This document shows positions 9,658 to 19,673 of a stretch of 64,000 nucleotides of DNA, piece after piece. Under the pieces are notes generated by a model. That model saw only the letters and a list, made by a program, of their open reading frames with translations, did not search any database and had not been told where the DNA came from. The translations under genes were made by a program, and so were the position numbers. The DNA comes from a virus, in the IMG/VR virus record IMGVR_UViG_3300003177_000005, positions 55,560 through 119,559 of that record; one strand, given 5' to 3'. Numbering within the stretch: position 1 is the stretch's first letter; each line of letters opens with the position of its first letter.

Positions 9658-10390
9658 TTTTACTAATGAGAGTTATAAAAAAGGTATCGAAAAAGTGAAC
9701 CTTGTATTTAGAGGTTTAATCGGTATATTTACTTTTGTATTTATTTTAACTTTATTAAAAAATGTTAATGTTGAATTTATTAGCTTAGAACTAATGTCTT
9801 GTTGGTTTCTTGGTATTACAATTTATCAGACATTTAAAACTGATGCTGATGATAGGGAATTTAATCTTTTCTTATTATCGGTTTATTTGGGTTTAGTTAT
9901 GGTCACTTTTTTAGGAGATAAACAAAATGAGGATATTTTAAGAATACTCGAATTCTTATTAGTTTTCTATATGATTGTAACTAATCTTTATTACAATCTC
10001 GTTGAATATTTTACATTGTTTAATTACAAAAAAGTTTTATCCAATGGTCGTAAAATAAGTACTGTTTTATTTAGTTACTTATTACTTAACATTTTACTGG
10101 TTATTTTAAATAAAAATATCTGGCATTATGAATTTTTAATATATGGTTTAACATTTATCAATTTATTAGTTTTAGTCGGTGTTTATGCGTCGATTTTATT
10201 TAACCTTTATAAAAGGGTTAACGGTTTAAAAAGCTTTGAAAATGAAGTAATTAACATTGTTCTATTTATTAATGTTTATGGTATGGTCATTTTCTTTGGT
10301 GATGTTACTAATTTAAACATACTGTTTAATACAACTTTAGGTTTACTATTTTCGCTAGTTTTTATTACGCTAAACATAAATGAAGATTAA
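9650..10390 (+). CDS. Polytopic membrane protein
   Basis: About 7-8 hydrophobic segments; GAGGAG RBS. Confidence 0.75.
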   Translation: MGNFTNESYKKGIEKVNLVFRGLIGIFTFVFILTLLKNVNVEFISLELMSCWFLGITIYQTFKTDADDREFNLFLLSVYLGLVMVTFLGDKQNEDILRILEFLLVFYMIVTNLYYNLVEYFTLFNYKKVLSNGRKISTVLFSYLLLNILLVILNKNIWHYEFLIYGLTFINLLVLVGVYASILFNLYKRVNGLKSFENEVINIVLFINVYGMVIFFGDVTNLNILFNTTLGLLFSLVFITLNINED

Positions 10391-10453
10391 AAGATCGAAA
10401 GTCTTTACTACTTACCGATGTAAGTAGTAAAGTAAACATAAAAGGATTCAAAA

Positions 10454-11816
10454 ATGAAAAAAAGGTTAAACAAAATAAAGATATCAGGTAAGCAATATGG
10501 CTTATCTGATAAAAAGGTTTTAAGTTGGTTAGAGTACAAAAAAGGTAAAATGAATGAACCATTTAGAGTTTTAGATACATATTATTTCTCAGATGGTGGA
10601 ATTTTAGTAACTGATATAATGTATGATTCAGTTCATACTATAAAAGAGTCGGATATGCTACAAGAGTATAAAACAAATGTAGTTGAACTAAACAAAAGAG
10701 ATGACGAACTCTTTATTGTTGAGGAAGATAAGAACTTTCCTAAACTTTTTAATATTAATAGTAAAGTTGTTAAAGAAAAAATTGAGAAGGAAATTACTAC
10801 CGGTATGTTAGAGTTAAAAAATGGTAGGTTTATAGAAAAAAAAACATCTTACTCCATTAATAACATTCTTAAAAACATATGAGAATCTTAATAACCAAAC
10901 ATTAACAGATTTCGCCAAATGGCTTGATAAGTTTTTTGATTTAGAGTACTTATATATCAATAGTAATAATATTGGTAGTATTTACATCATAACTGATTTT
11001 GAACAAGTGAAAAAACATGGTATTGAGTTACTTGAATTTGGTTTAGACAATTTACCAAAACGATTTTGCAAAGTTGGGTTTACAACTATAAGAAGTCATA
11101 AAGATAATAGTGAATGTCTTATAAACGGATATATGTTATATAGTGTTGATTTGGACGAGGTGTTAGTTTCTTATACCGAAAATAAATATATTATTTATCA
11201 AAGTGATGAACCAAATTATAGCCATACGGAATATATAAACCCTCATTTTAGGCACATGGATACTACTTCAGTTTTTAGTGATAGGAGTTTAGAGAAGATA
11301 ATAAATTTCTTTAATCTAAGTAACTTAGACATTATTTATGTGGACAATTATCCATATCTAATTGTTACTAGTAATATACTAAAACCAATAGGTACTGTTC
11401 TAAGTACTCTATATAGAGTCTTAAATAAAGGTGAATACGAACTTAGAAGTAAGGTGGAGGATAAGTTTAAAACATCCATTACCTTGAACTATAGTGTTGA
11501 GGATAAAGTCGCAGAAAAGATACTTAATGCGATACACGATATAAAAGTAAGAAAACTTCGTTCATATCTATTATCAAGAGATAATTCACAGTATAAACTA
11601 AATCATATTAATAACTGGGCAAAAAGACATAGTGATACAACATCTAATTTTAACTATGAAAAAGGTTTTGTAGATTTAATAATAAAAGATGATTTTGGAC
11701 TTATAGAAGAAGATACATATTTGCCAGAGGTTTACTTACATATTACTAAAGAGTCTACATATTATACCTTTAGTAAAGAAAAGTTTAAGAATAAAGATTT
11801 TGATATTAAATTATAA
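10454..11816 (+). pseudogene. One ~453-aa gene split at an A9 tract (ORFs 10454..10882 and 11007..11816)
   Basis: The 11007 frame is open from the A9 at 10836-10844 (KKHLTPLITFLKTYENLNNQTLTDFAKWLDK..); removing one A fuses the ORFs. Confidence 0.6.
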
Positions 11817-11825
11817 GGAGAAAAA

Positions 11826-12450
11826 ATGAAAATTATTACAGGATTTGAGGTATTCGATAAAAATGGTGGTTTACAACTAGGTGATGTTGTTAATGTATTT
11901 AAAACAGTATATTCAGGTGGAAGTATCTTTCTTAATAACTTAGCCTTTAATATTGTTGTTAAAAATAATAATTATGTATGTTTTTTGTTATAATGATAAG
12001 AATGATGATTTGGTCTATGTAGCAACTAAAGTTAAAGAGTTTTTTAGAAAAAGGTCTTGGAATCTAAATGTTTTACAAAAATATCTAGAAAAAGAAGACC
12101 TTATAAAGATAGCTAATTCAAATGTTGATATTTTTATAAGTGATACAATAGTTAGAAGAGATATATTCAATAATGAGATTAAGGAGCTGTTTAATAAAAA
12201 TAAAAAACTCTTTATACAAACTCATAATATACCTTTAACGTGTTTAGTAGATAGTGAAGCAAAAGAATTTTTAAATGTTATTTTAAAACAACAAGCTCAA
12301 TATGTAGATCGGTCTATTAGACTAATTCAAGATGAAAATGATAAAACAGTTATCACACTTAACAATATCGAAGTATCAGATGATGATGCTAAAGAAAAAC
12401 AATTTGATACTTTAAAATTAGCTAGGAATCGCAAAATAACTAATGTATAG
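11826..12450 (+). pseudogene. One ~206-aa gene split near 11973-11986
   Basis: AAGGAG + ATG 11826 (MKIITGFEVF..KNNNYV) joins ORF 11953 (FCYNDKNDD..) if the TATG duplication or one T of the T6 run is removed. Confidence 0.55.
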
Positions 12451-12461
12451 TAGATATAATT

Positions 12462-13073
12462 ATGGTTATGAAAAAAATACAACAAAACAAGTTTACCAGA
12501 TTGCTTGATAAAATAAAAAACCAAATTAAAAATTATTGGTTGAAGGTTAATGGAAATAGTGATAGAGGTTGTCAACAAGTGAAAACAGATGATTTTTTAA
12601 ATGATAATAATTTTCTTTTAACTTATTCCATTTTAAAAATAAAGGATAAAAGTTTAACTCATTTTATAGCTAATCATTGTTTACTCTTTCATAAGGGTGA
12701 AGGTTACTTTAAGGGTGGAAAATACTTTAAAAAGTCAACATTTAACTATATGTGTCCCAAAGAACCTGAATATACAGAAATGTATATAAAAGACCAAGAC
12801 TATGGGATTACTGATTATAAGTTTATAAACAGATTTGAGTTCTACAAAAGTATAGAGGACTATGAACTAAAAATTGAAATAACTGGTTACATATTAGATG
12901 GGTGTACTGATATTTATTTTGAAGTCATTGAGGTTGATGACAAAATACTTATCATTACTAATGAAGATAATTTAATAAATGATAGTTGTAAAAGTTTTTT
13001 TAACATCAAAAAGAATGTTAAGAAAAGTCTCTATTTTATAATTAAAGATTTTATTAAAGAAAACAATAATTAA
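12462..13073 (+). CDS. Hypothetical protein
   Basis: ORF track; true start may be downstream. Confidence 0.6.
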   Translation: MVMKKIQQNKFTRLLDKIKNQIKNYWLKVNGNSDRGCQQVKTDDFLNDNNFLLTYSILKIKDKSLTHFIANHCLLFHKGEGYFKGGKYFKKSTFNYMCPKEPEYTEMYIKDQDYGITDYKFINRFEFYKSIEDYELKIEITGYILDGCTDIYFEVIEVDDKILIITNEDNLINDSCKSFFNIKKNVKKSLYFIIKDFIKENNN

Positions 13074-13087
13074 AAAAAGGAAGTAAA

Positions 13088-13585
13088 ATGAAGTTTAAAT
13101 TTGAAGAAAAGAAAGTATTCACAGTAAAGGAAGACGAATTGACACTCCTTAATATTGAATACGGTGAATATGGTTTCGATATTGTTCCTGATAGAGTATT
13201 TCCCGATAAACATTTAATCCTAGAGGTATTATTAACAATAAAAGAAACACCTAAATATTTGGATGATGTTGAATTTAAGAAAAATATTGATATGTTAACT
13301 GACGGTCTGGAATCGTTAATAGAGGATGGGTTTGTTTTTGAAAATTTAGATCATAATGAAAATGATTTTAATTTTGTTTCAAATGAAGATTTAAAAGATA
13401 TTCTGCGTAATTTAGAAAATGGTGTTCCTTATGGTAATATAATAGCCGTACAAGATTTCATAAATATCACAAGAGACAAAACTGTTTTGGGTGAAGAGTA
13501 TACAAAAATTTTAGATGAGGTTAAAAATAAGACTGTTACTATTAATGATCTTAAAAATCGTAAAGAAAGTAGACAAACAGATTGA
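13088..13585 (+). CDS. Hypothetical acidic protein
   Basis: AAGGA RBS. Confidence 0.7.
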   Translation: MKFKFEEKKVFTVKEDELTLLNIEYGEYGFDIVPDRVFPDKHLILEVLLTIKETPKYLDDVEFKKNIDMLTDGLESLIEDGFVFENLDHNENDFNFVSNEDLKDILRNLENGVPYGNIIAVQDFINITRDKTVLGEEYTKILDEVKNKTVTINDLKNRKESRQTD

Positions 13586-14016
13586 GATAAAAAAACTGTA
13601 CAATTTTTTAAATAATTTTATTGTAACCGCGTTAATATCACCATTATTTTTGATGACAAGTTTAACTATTATTGATCTTGAAAAAGTATTAATTATTGAT
13701 TGGGTTTTTCTACTATCTTCTTTTACATTGTTCGTAATTGATGATATGTTCTTGAAACTTTAAGAAAGGAAGAAAATGTATGAAATAAAGTCAGATGATC
13801 CTAAGGAAGATATAATAAATATTATAACTACTAAGGAAGGTAAAGAGCAAGAGATAGCTCTTGGCCTAAAAGAAGAATATTACGGAGATAAGGAAAAAAT
13901 AAAAGAATGTTCCAATCTGTAGTAAAATGGTTATATCTAGTTACATCTATAATAGATAGTAACTATATTTTGCATTTAGCCAGTTTAAGAGATAATATAT
14001 TAAATGGGAGAGAAAA

Positions 14017-14496
14017 ATGTTTAAAGTAAAAAGAAAAGATTTAAAAGTTGAGTTCAAACTAATTAAAGAAAATAAGGAACAGTTAATTGTCGAAGTTAAA
14101 AATATTGATGTCTCTATAGTTAGATTAGTCCTATCTAGTAAATATGCTAATGTTTCTCTATATGAAAATTTAATTAGTGTTGAATTTGCTAGGGAGTTAA
14201 TGGAATTTATATTAACTCACGAAGATTTCAAAAAGTTTATTGGTACCGTATACGAAGATATTTTAAAAATGAATTTTATAGAACCTATTAAAGAAGAAAA
14301 TTTTAAAGAAGGTTTTAGTTCTCTGAAAGATGGTATATTAGATGAACTAGGTTATGATGACTTCTTAATGCCTGTAAAGTCATTGGTGTTAGCAGAAATG
14401 ATAGTGTCTGGTATAGATGAAGCTAGACTAAATGAAAAACAACTAAAAGCTCTTAATAATCTTAAAGATAAAATGATTATTGGTATAGATGGTTAA
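14017..14496 (+). CDS. Hypothetical protein
   Basis: GGGAG RBS; followed by a palindrome. Confidence 0.7.
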   Translation: MFKVKRKDLKVEFKLIKENKEQLIVEVKNIDVSIVRLVLSSKYANVSLYENLISVEFARELMEFILTHEDFKKFIGTVYEDILKMNFIEPIKEENFKEGFSSLKDGILDELGYDDFLMPVKSLVLAEMIVSGIDEARLNEKQLKALNNLKDKMIIGIDG

Positions 14497-14526
14497 TACA
14501 TAGTACTCTAATTAGAGTACTATGTA
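14497..14526. terminator. Perfect 30-bp palindrome, probable terminator
   Basis: TACATAGTACTCTAATTAGAGTACTATGTA directly after a stop codon. Confidence 0.6.
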
Positions 14527-14552
14527 TAAGAATTATTATTTAAATCGATTTT

Positions 14553-14591
14553 TTTATCCATATATTATTAATATAGTGAATGACATCACTG
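14553..14591 (+). promoter_or_regulatory. Putative early promoter with 5' hairpin
   Basis: TTTATCCATATATTATTAATA-TAGTGA-ATGACA-TCACTG. Confidence 0.65.
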
Positions 14592-14690
14592 TAGTTGTCT
14601 CAACTATGTTGATATTAGATATATTGTGAGATATATCGATCTTCTTAACTTTACACATAGGGGTAAGAGTTATTTTTAAAAGGAGAAAAT

Positions 14691-15247
14691 ATGTGGTGGA
14701 AGAGGGTTAAATATCTTGATGAACATAAAAAGGATAATAAATTTAAAAACCTATCTTGGTATAAGGATGACATATATCTGTCGCCTTATGTACCATATAG
14801 GGAAGTAAAGGAAATCAAGTGGCTACTAATATTAAATCATAACGATCAAATATTAGATACCCTTAATAAAGGGTATGAGTTGTTTAAAAGAGAGAGAGAA
14901 GTGGTGGTGACCACTCTCTCTTTTCTAAAATTGAAGCATTTCTAGCTCTAGATGACCAGAGGTTAGAAGTTGCTGATTTTATGGAAAAGGCTGGTTTCAA
15001 AGAACATGGGACCACCTTCCATAAGGGGTGGATAAGAGGTGTAAACTCTAAAACTGTCGGTGGTAACGACGGTTATAGAGGTTACTATAAACAAGAGGAG
15101 ATTTTATGGGTGTCTCCTCTTGACGCATTCAAAACTTTATACCTCTCAGGGTATAAAGAATACGAAGTGATGTTGGAAAAAGGTGAGGAGTGGTATGACT
15201 CCTTTGTATCCTCTGTAACAATAGTGGATGTTGTTTATGAGGCGTAA
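14691..15247 (+). pseudogene. One ~184-aa gene split at an (AG)5 repeat (ORFs 14691..14945 and 14981..15247)
   Basis: Deleting one AG at 14889-14898 gives ..ELFKRERSGGDHSLFSKIEAFLALDDQRLEVADFMEKAGF..; the second ORF has no RBS. Confidence 0.6.
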
Positions 15248-15338
15248 GCCTCTGAAAGGATTTTTCTTTTTTTATTTAATTCCTTTCTTTTTTATACATA
15301 TATTGTTTAATTAACCAAAAAATAACAAAGGAGGAGTT

Positions 15339-16112
15339 ATGGCATTAACAGCTATGTATATGTTACATAGAGTTTTACACAAAGATATCGATACCAGGAT
15401 ACCTGGCGGTGCAACTAATATAAAGATCAAGTACCATGGTAAGTGGTACAAACAAAAAGAGTTAAAAAAACTGTGGTCTATCAAAGGTAACAAAATTACC
15501 CATAGACCTAATTACAAGGTTATTAAACACCCTAAGAACATAAGACGGTTACATGTTCTAAAAGGGCTAGCAAAGATATATAAATATGGTGACAGAATAG
15601 ATAATGTATATGAAATTACTAAATTTATATTTAAAAAGGTAGACACATATAGTAAGTCTCACCACTATTTTAATAGGGGTAGACATAAACTATATAAAGT
15701 TTACAAAGAATTGGAGTACTTAAGAAGTCACTCCAAAAGGTATTCCTCGTCTTATAATAACTGGACAACTCAAATAATCAGGATTGGTCAGAGTTTCCAA
15801 CAAAATTATAATATGAGTATAAAAGAGTACGAACATTCTCGTGCAAATAGTAGGGACCGTCACTACTATACACACCAAGATATACGAGCTGTATCAAAAA
15901 GAGTGGCTCGTATAAAGAGAATGTTCAGAATAAAAGGTGACTGGTATTATGCTAAAACATATAATAAATACCATCACCATAGTGAGTATATAGCTCGTAT
16001 AGATAGAGCTAAAAAATATACTCATAAACGACACCATAAAAAACTAAACAAGATGTTATTATACCATCAGCGTAAACAGATGGAATACGCTGTTGCGTTG
16101 CGTATGGTATAG
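15339..16112 (+). CDS. Very basic His/Tyr/Lys/Arg-rich protein
   Basis: Own TATATT promoter (15291-15313), GGAGGAG RBS and terminator (16109-16151); 20 His in 257 aa. Confidence 0.8.
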   Translation: MALTAMYMLHRVLHKDIDTRIPGGATNIKIKYHGKWYKQKELKKLWSIKGNKITHRPNYKVIKHPKNIRRLHVLKGLAKIYKYGDRIDNVYEITKFIFKKVDTYSKSHHYFNRGRHKLYKVYKELEYLRSHSKRYSSSYNNWTTQIIRIGQSFQQNYNMSIKEYEHSRANSRDRHYYTHQDIRAVSKRVARIKRMFRIKGDWYYAKTYNKYHHHSEYIARIDRAKKYTHKRHHKKLNKMLLYHQRKQMEYAVALRMV

Positions 16113-16217
16113 AGGATTTGAAACTCCTCTATCTTGTTTTCTTTTTTTTTTGTTTAAATCTTGATAGTTTTATACATATATAATTTATCTGTAATTAAAA
16201 ATAAAAAAAGGATTAAT

Positions 16218-16727
16218 ATGATTCATTTAGATTTTTTCCAGGAAATGTTTACTCCTGGTAAAGTAACTGCAATTTTAGACAATGAGGATGGTTCTCAAAC
16301 AGCCTCATTAGTTCTAGATACAGGAGAGTTAGTAGAAGCTCCTGTGATTGATGGTCTTAGTATAGGTGTTACTTATCTAGTAAAAACTGAAGATATAGTA
16401 ACTGAAAGTGGTAAAGGTGTTGTCGAGAATCTTTACAAAGAAGATGCAAAAGAGATATATATTCTTAGCATCGACCTTAATCACAACACTAAGATAACAG
16501 ATTATCTTAAGGTAGAAAAAGTTGGTCTACCTGAAGATGAAAATACAGAGTATATAGAACTAAACGTAGATGTTTTTGATAGAGAGATTCATACCCCTAT
16601 AAATAAACTTCTACAAAAGCATCTTATTTATTCAGTATCTGTCCAAACAGATACAAAAGGAGATAATGATTACAATAAAGATTTGCTTGATAAAGCAGTA
16701 AAAGAGCAAATAAAGTTAGCAGCATAG
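16218..16727 (+). CDS. Hypothetical acidic protein ending in -LAA
   Basis: AAGGA RBS favours the ATG at 16218; promoter-like TATACATATATAATTTA upstream. Confidence 0.75.
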   Translation: MIHLDFFQEMFTPGKVTAILDNEDGSQTASLVLDTGELVEAPVIDGLSIGVTYLVKTEDIVTESGKGVVENLYKEDAKEIYILSIDLNHNTKITDYLKVEKVGLPEDENTEYIELNVDVFDREIHTPINKLLQKHLIYSVSVQTDTKGDNDYNKDLLDKAVKEQIKLAA

Positions 16728-16785
16728 TTTTTACTATGTTGTTAACATATTAATCATTTTATTTATATTATTTTTTTCTATTTAG

Positions 16786-17185
16786 TGATGGGCATCGTTT
16801 CCAGTCAGAATGATCAAGTAGGTATAATTTAGTTATATGCGAACCACATTCCCATACAGGAAAACTGCCCTAGTTTGTCTCGTAAGTTCTAGTAGTATAT
16901 ACAATATCTTTGCCTTTATGGTGTAAGTGCGATAATATATATGGGGGATGTTGGTAACGCAACATCTTGGTTCTAGAGGCAACTTACCTCGATAGTGTCC
17001 TAAGCTGAGCATCCTATAGGTCTTCGGATCTATAGGGTGTGAGGTGGATGGGTCAGAGGAAAGTTGTAGACGAATGCACCAGTAACTGCTGGTGAAATCC
17101 AATCAGAAGTCGTGGGGGAAGTGGGGGTACGATCAAAGTGGCCCAAAGGGCATCCGCTTAGACAGCAAGATATCGCTAGATATCA
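16786..17185 (+). ncRNA. Candidate large structured non-coding RNA (~400 nt), family unknown
   Basis: GC-rich island with no credible ORF; 13-bp stem with a cUUCGg loop (17010-17039), several other hairpins and long-range complementarities with G-U pairs. Confidence 0.65.
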
Positions 17186-17560
17186 ATCTATGTTATACTT
17201 ATATATAAGACATATATAATACTTAAACTAAAGAGATCTAATAATTTATATATAAACAAATAATAAACATATAAGATCTTAATAATATATAAAAGATAAA
17301 TATAATAAAGGTCTATCAGTAATAATCCTAAAGTTATGTCATAGACAGATATAGAGATCTTAATAATAAATAATAAATATAAAGATCTAAATAATTATAA
17401 CATATATACATAAATAATAAAATATATAATAAACTAATATATAGATAAGAAAATATCTTAATAATATAAAAGAGATCTATAATCATAGTTAATAAGACAT
17501 AAAGGTAGTAAATTTAGTTAATACTACTATAAGATATACTATGACATAGATAAGTAAAAG
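17186..17560. repeat. AT-rich array of AGATCT(W)AATAAT-like repeats, origin-like
   Basis: AGATCT at 17234, 17274, 17355, 17383 and 17473, plus ATATCT at 17453; A-rich top strand; no ORF. Confidence 0.65.
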
Positions 17561-17580
17561 AAAGTTAAAATAGAGTATAT

Positions 17581-17620
17581 TTTATCTATATATTATTTAG
17601 TTAGTAATGTCATATTACTA
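17581..17620 (+). promoter_or_regulatory. Putative early promoter with compensated hairpin TAGTAAT/ATTACTA
   Basis: TATCTATATATTATTTAGT-TAGTAAT-GTCAT-ATTACTA. Confidence 0.65.
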
Positions 17621-17649
17621 AAGTTAAAATTTAAATAAGGAGTTAAGTT

Positions 17650-18021
17650 ATGAAGGTTGAGTTAGTTAAGTTATCAGAGAGTATCAGTTCTGTTACTCCA
17701 TTTGAGTTCTTTATGTTAAAAGAGAAAATAACAGATAGTTCTCTTTATATTTTTAAAGAAGAGAACCTTGTCGATATCAAAAGTAAGAGGGGTAAAGTAT
17801 TAAATACTTCTTTTGTAGATATTAATTTAGGTATCAATGTAAATATTAGTTATTACGTTATGAAACAAGATGATATCTTTATTGTATATGTGATTGATTT
17901 TTTGGTTGAAAAGGTTTTAAGTGATGAGGTTTTTGTTAATAAGTTAGAGCTCGTTGAAAAAACATTAGTCAAATTTAAAGATGTCTATAATAAAGAAGAG
18001 TTTAAATTATTAGGGGTTTAA
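17650..18021 (+). CDS. Hypothetical protein; ORF 18079..18369 continues in the same frame past the TAA
   Basis: AAGGAG RBS; the frame after TAA 18019-18021 is open (EDNVYKKHLLKRLELNLFK..) to 18369. Confidence 0.6.
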   Translation: MKVELVKLSESISSVTPFEFFMLKEKITDSSLYIFKEENLVDIKSKRGKVLNTSFVDINLGINVNISYYVMKQDDIFIVYVIDFLVEKVLSDEVFVNKLELVEKTLVKFKDVYNKEEFKLLGV

Positions 18022-18409
18022 GAAGATAATGTCTATAAAAAACATCTTCTAAAAAGATTAGAGTTAAATTTATTTAAATTGTTGGTAAATCTTAACTATT
18101 CTGTTAATAGTAAATTAATCGAAATTAGAAGGTTTGAGATATTATTAGAATTATCTATGGTGAAAAGACCAATTTATAGAGAATTGATTTTTCCATTTAA
18201 GAACCCAGAACCAAAGCAGTCTTATGAGAAAGCGTCTATGTTTAAAAAAGGTCAAGAAGAAAAGAGACTTAAACTTGTAAATAACACTACTAAAGAAAGA
18301 TGGGAACGGTTAGAACAAGGAAATATAAAGCTGCGGGTAACACCAGAAATGAAAGACGAAACAAAGTAAAAGTATCTTTGTATCAAAAATTAAAAAACAG
18401 GAGAAAAAA

Positions 18410-19663
18410 ATGAAAAAAATTGAAGAGGTATTTCTAGAGTATATTAAGTATGGAACTAACATTGAGTTATTATTTGCTGTGGGTGACTTAGAAAGAGTAC
18501 CATTAATTAAAGTGAAATTTATAGAGGTAGAACTATTAATGCAGAACCATTGCAAAAAGAAGTATATGGTTAAAAAAGAGAAAATTGATATCAGAGCTAT
18601 TAAATGGCAACCCAACTTTAAAATAGAAACTGAAGTATCTAAATTAATTAAAGAAAAAACAACTAAAATCAAAGATGTTTTAGGTGTTAAAATCGAAATT
18701 CAAGTAAACTCTTCTTTAAGAAATACATTCATAGCAATCTTAAATAAGGATGATGATGAAAGAAAAATGTGGTTAAATATTAAGGAAATGTTTATCGAAG
18801 ATGGTAAACTAGATAAAAACGAAAAGTTAAACTATTTAAGTATTATGGATCCATTGGATATTCATAGTGGTGCCAAAAACGAAAAGTTAAGAGATGTTAT
18901 CTTATATAAACCGTTTTCTAAGAAAGATAAGAAAAAGTCGAAAATAGATAAAGTTGCTGTTAAGATAGAAAAACCTCAAGCAACATCAGTTTATAAAAAC
19001 CTTATGAATCTAATAAAAGAACAAGCAGGTAAGAAAAGTGAAAAGGAAAAATCTAATAGACTTAAAGATATGATTACAGAAACCCTTGGTCATCTTTTTA
19101 ATGGAAACGAAATTCATATGATTGTTCCTAAAACAAATCAATATAAAGATGATTTTATTAATGACTTAGTTAAAAATACAGTAGCACTAAATGATATCAG
19201 TAATGATGTTCCAATTAGCGAGAATGATAGAGAGAATACTTTTATCGATATCGAAAAAGGTTTAAAAGAAAACGGTATTGACTCTTTAGATAACAATAGT
19301 ACCTACCAAGATCCATTTCGATCAAAAGAAAAGGATACTATTAAGGATGTGTGTAGTTTCTCGTTTTATGTAATCTTCCCTAACGGGCAAAATGAGTTTT
19401 TCGTTTTAAATAAGATAAACAAGGAGATGTTAATCGTAAAGGTTATTTCGTCAACTAAGTTAAGGGTAATGACCTTAGGTACTTTGGAGAGTCTATCTAA
19501 AATGACTCAAATAGATCTTAATAAAATATCTAAAATAACATTACCTATGGAGATTTTGGAATATACTCTAAAAAACTATATTTGGGAACATCAAAAAACC
19601 AACCTTCTTATTAATCCTCATGAACAAGAGTTATTTAATCATCTGGTTGAATTATATAGTTAG
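18410..19663 (+). CDS. Hypothetical protein (417 aa)
   Basis: Long ORF, AGGAG RBS. Confidence 0.8.
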   Translation: MKKIEEVFLEYIKYGTNIELLFAVGDLERVPLIKVKFIEVELLMQNHCKKKYMVKKEKIDIRAIKWQPNFKIETEVSKLIKEKTTKIKDVLGVKIEIQVNSSLRNTFIAILNKDDDERKMWLNIKEMFIEDGKLDKNEKLNYLSIMDPLDIHSGAKNEKLRDVILYKPFSKKDKKKSKIDKVAVKIEKPQATSVYKNLMNLIKEQAGKKSEKEKSNRLKDMITETLGHLFNGNEIHMIVPKTNQYKDDFINDLVKNTVALNDISNDVPISENDRENTFIDIEKGLKENGIDSLDNNSTYQDPFRSKEKDTIKDVCSFSFYVIFPNGQNEFFVLNKINKEMLIVKVISSTKLRVMTLGTLESLSKMTQIDLNKISKITLPMEILEYTLKNYIWEHQKTNLLINPHEQELFNHLVELYS

Positions 19664-19673
19664 TGGTTAAGTT

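Noticed and set aside
16833-17102. Minus-strand 89-aa ORF
   Set aside because: No RBS, atypical composition; best explained as a by-product of the GC-rich structured island
17056-17160. RNase P RNA (GAGGAAAGT.. and ..CCGCTTA resemble P4 strands)
   Set aside because: No GAAAGUCC, no ACAGAA/ACAAAA before GCUUA, the strands are not complementary, and the motif is not near the 5' end
16786-17185. tmRNA, tRNA or group I intron
   Set aside because: No GTTCGA T-loop or CCA acceptor end, no recognisable P7 (GACUA/AUAGUC) elements and no interrupted gene around it
17186-17560. CRISPR array
   Set aside because: Repeats are only ~6-12 bp, irregularly spaced, with low-complexity spacers and no cas genes
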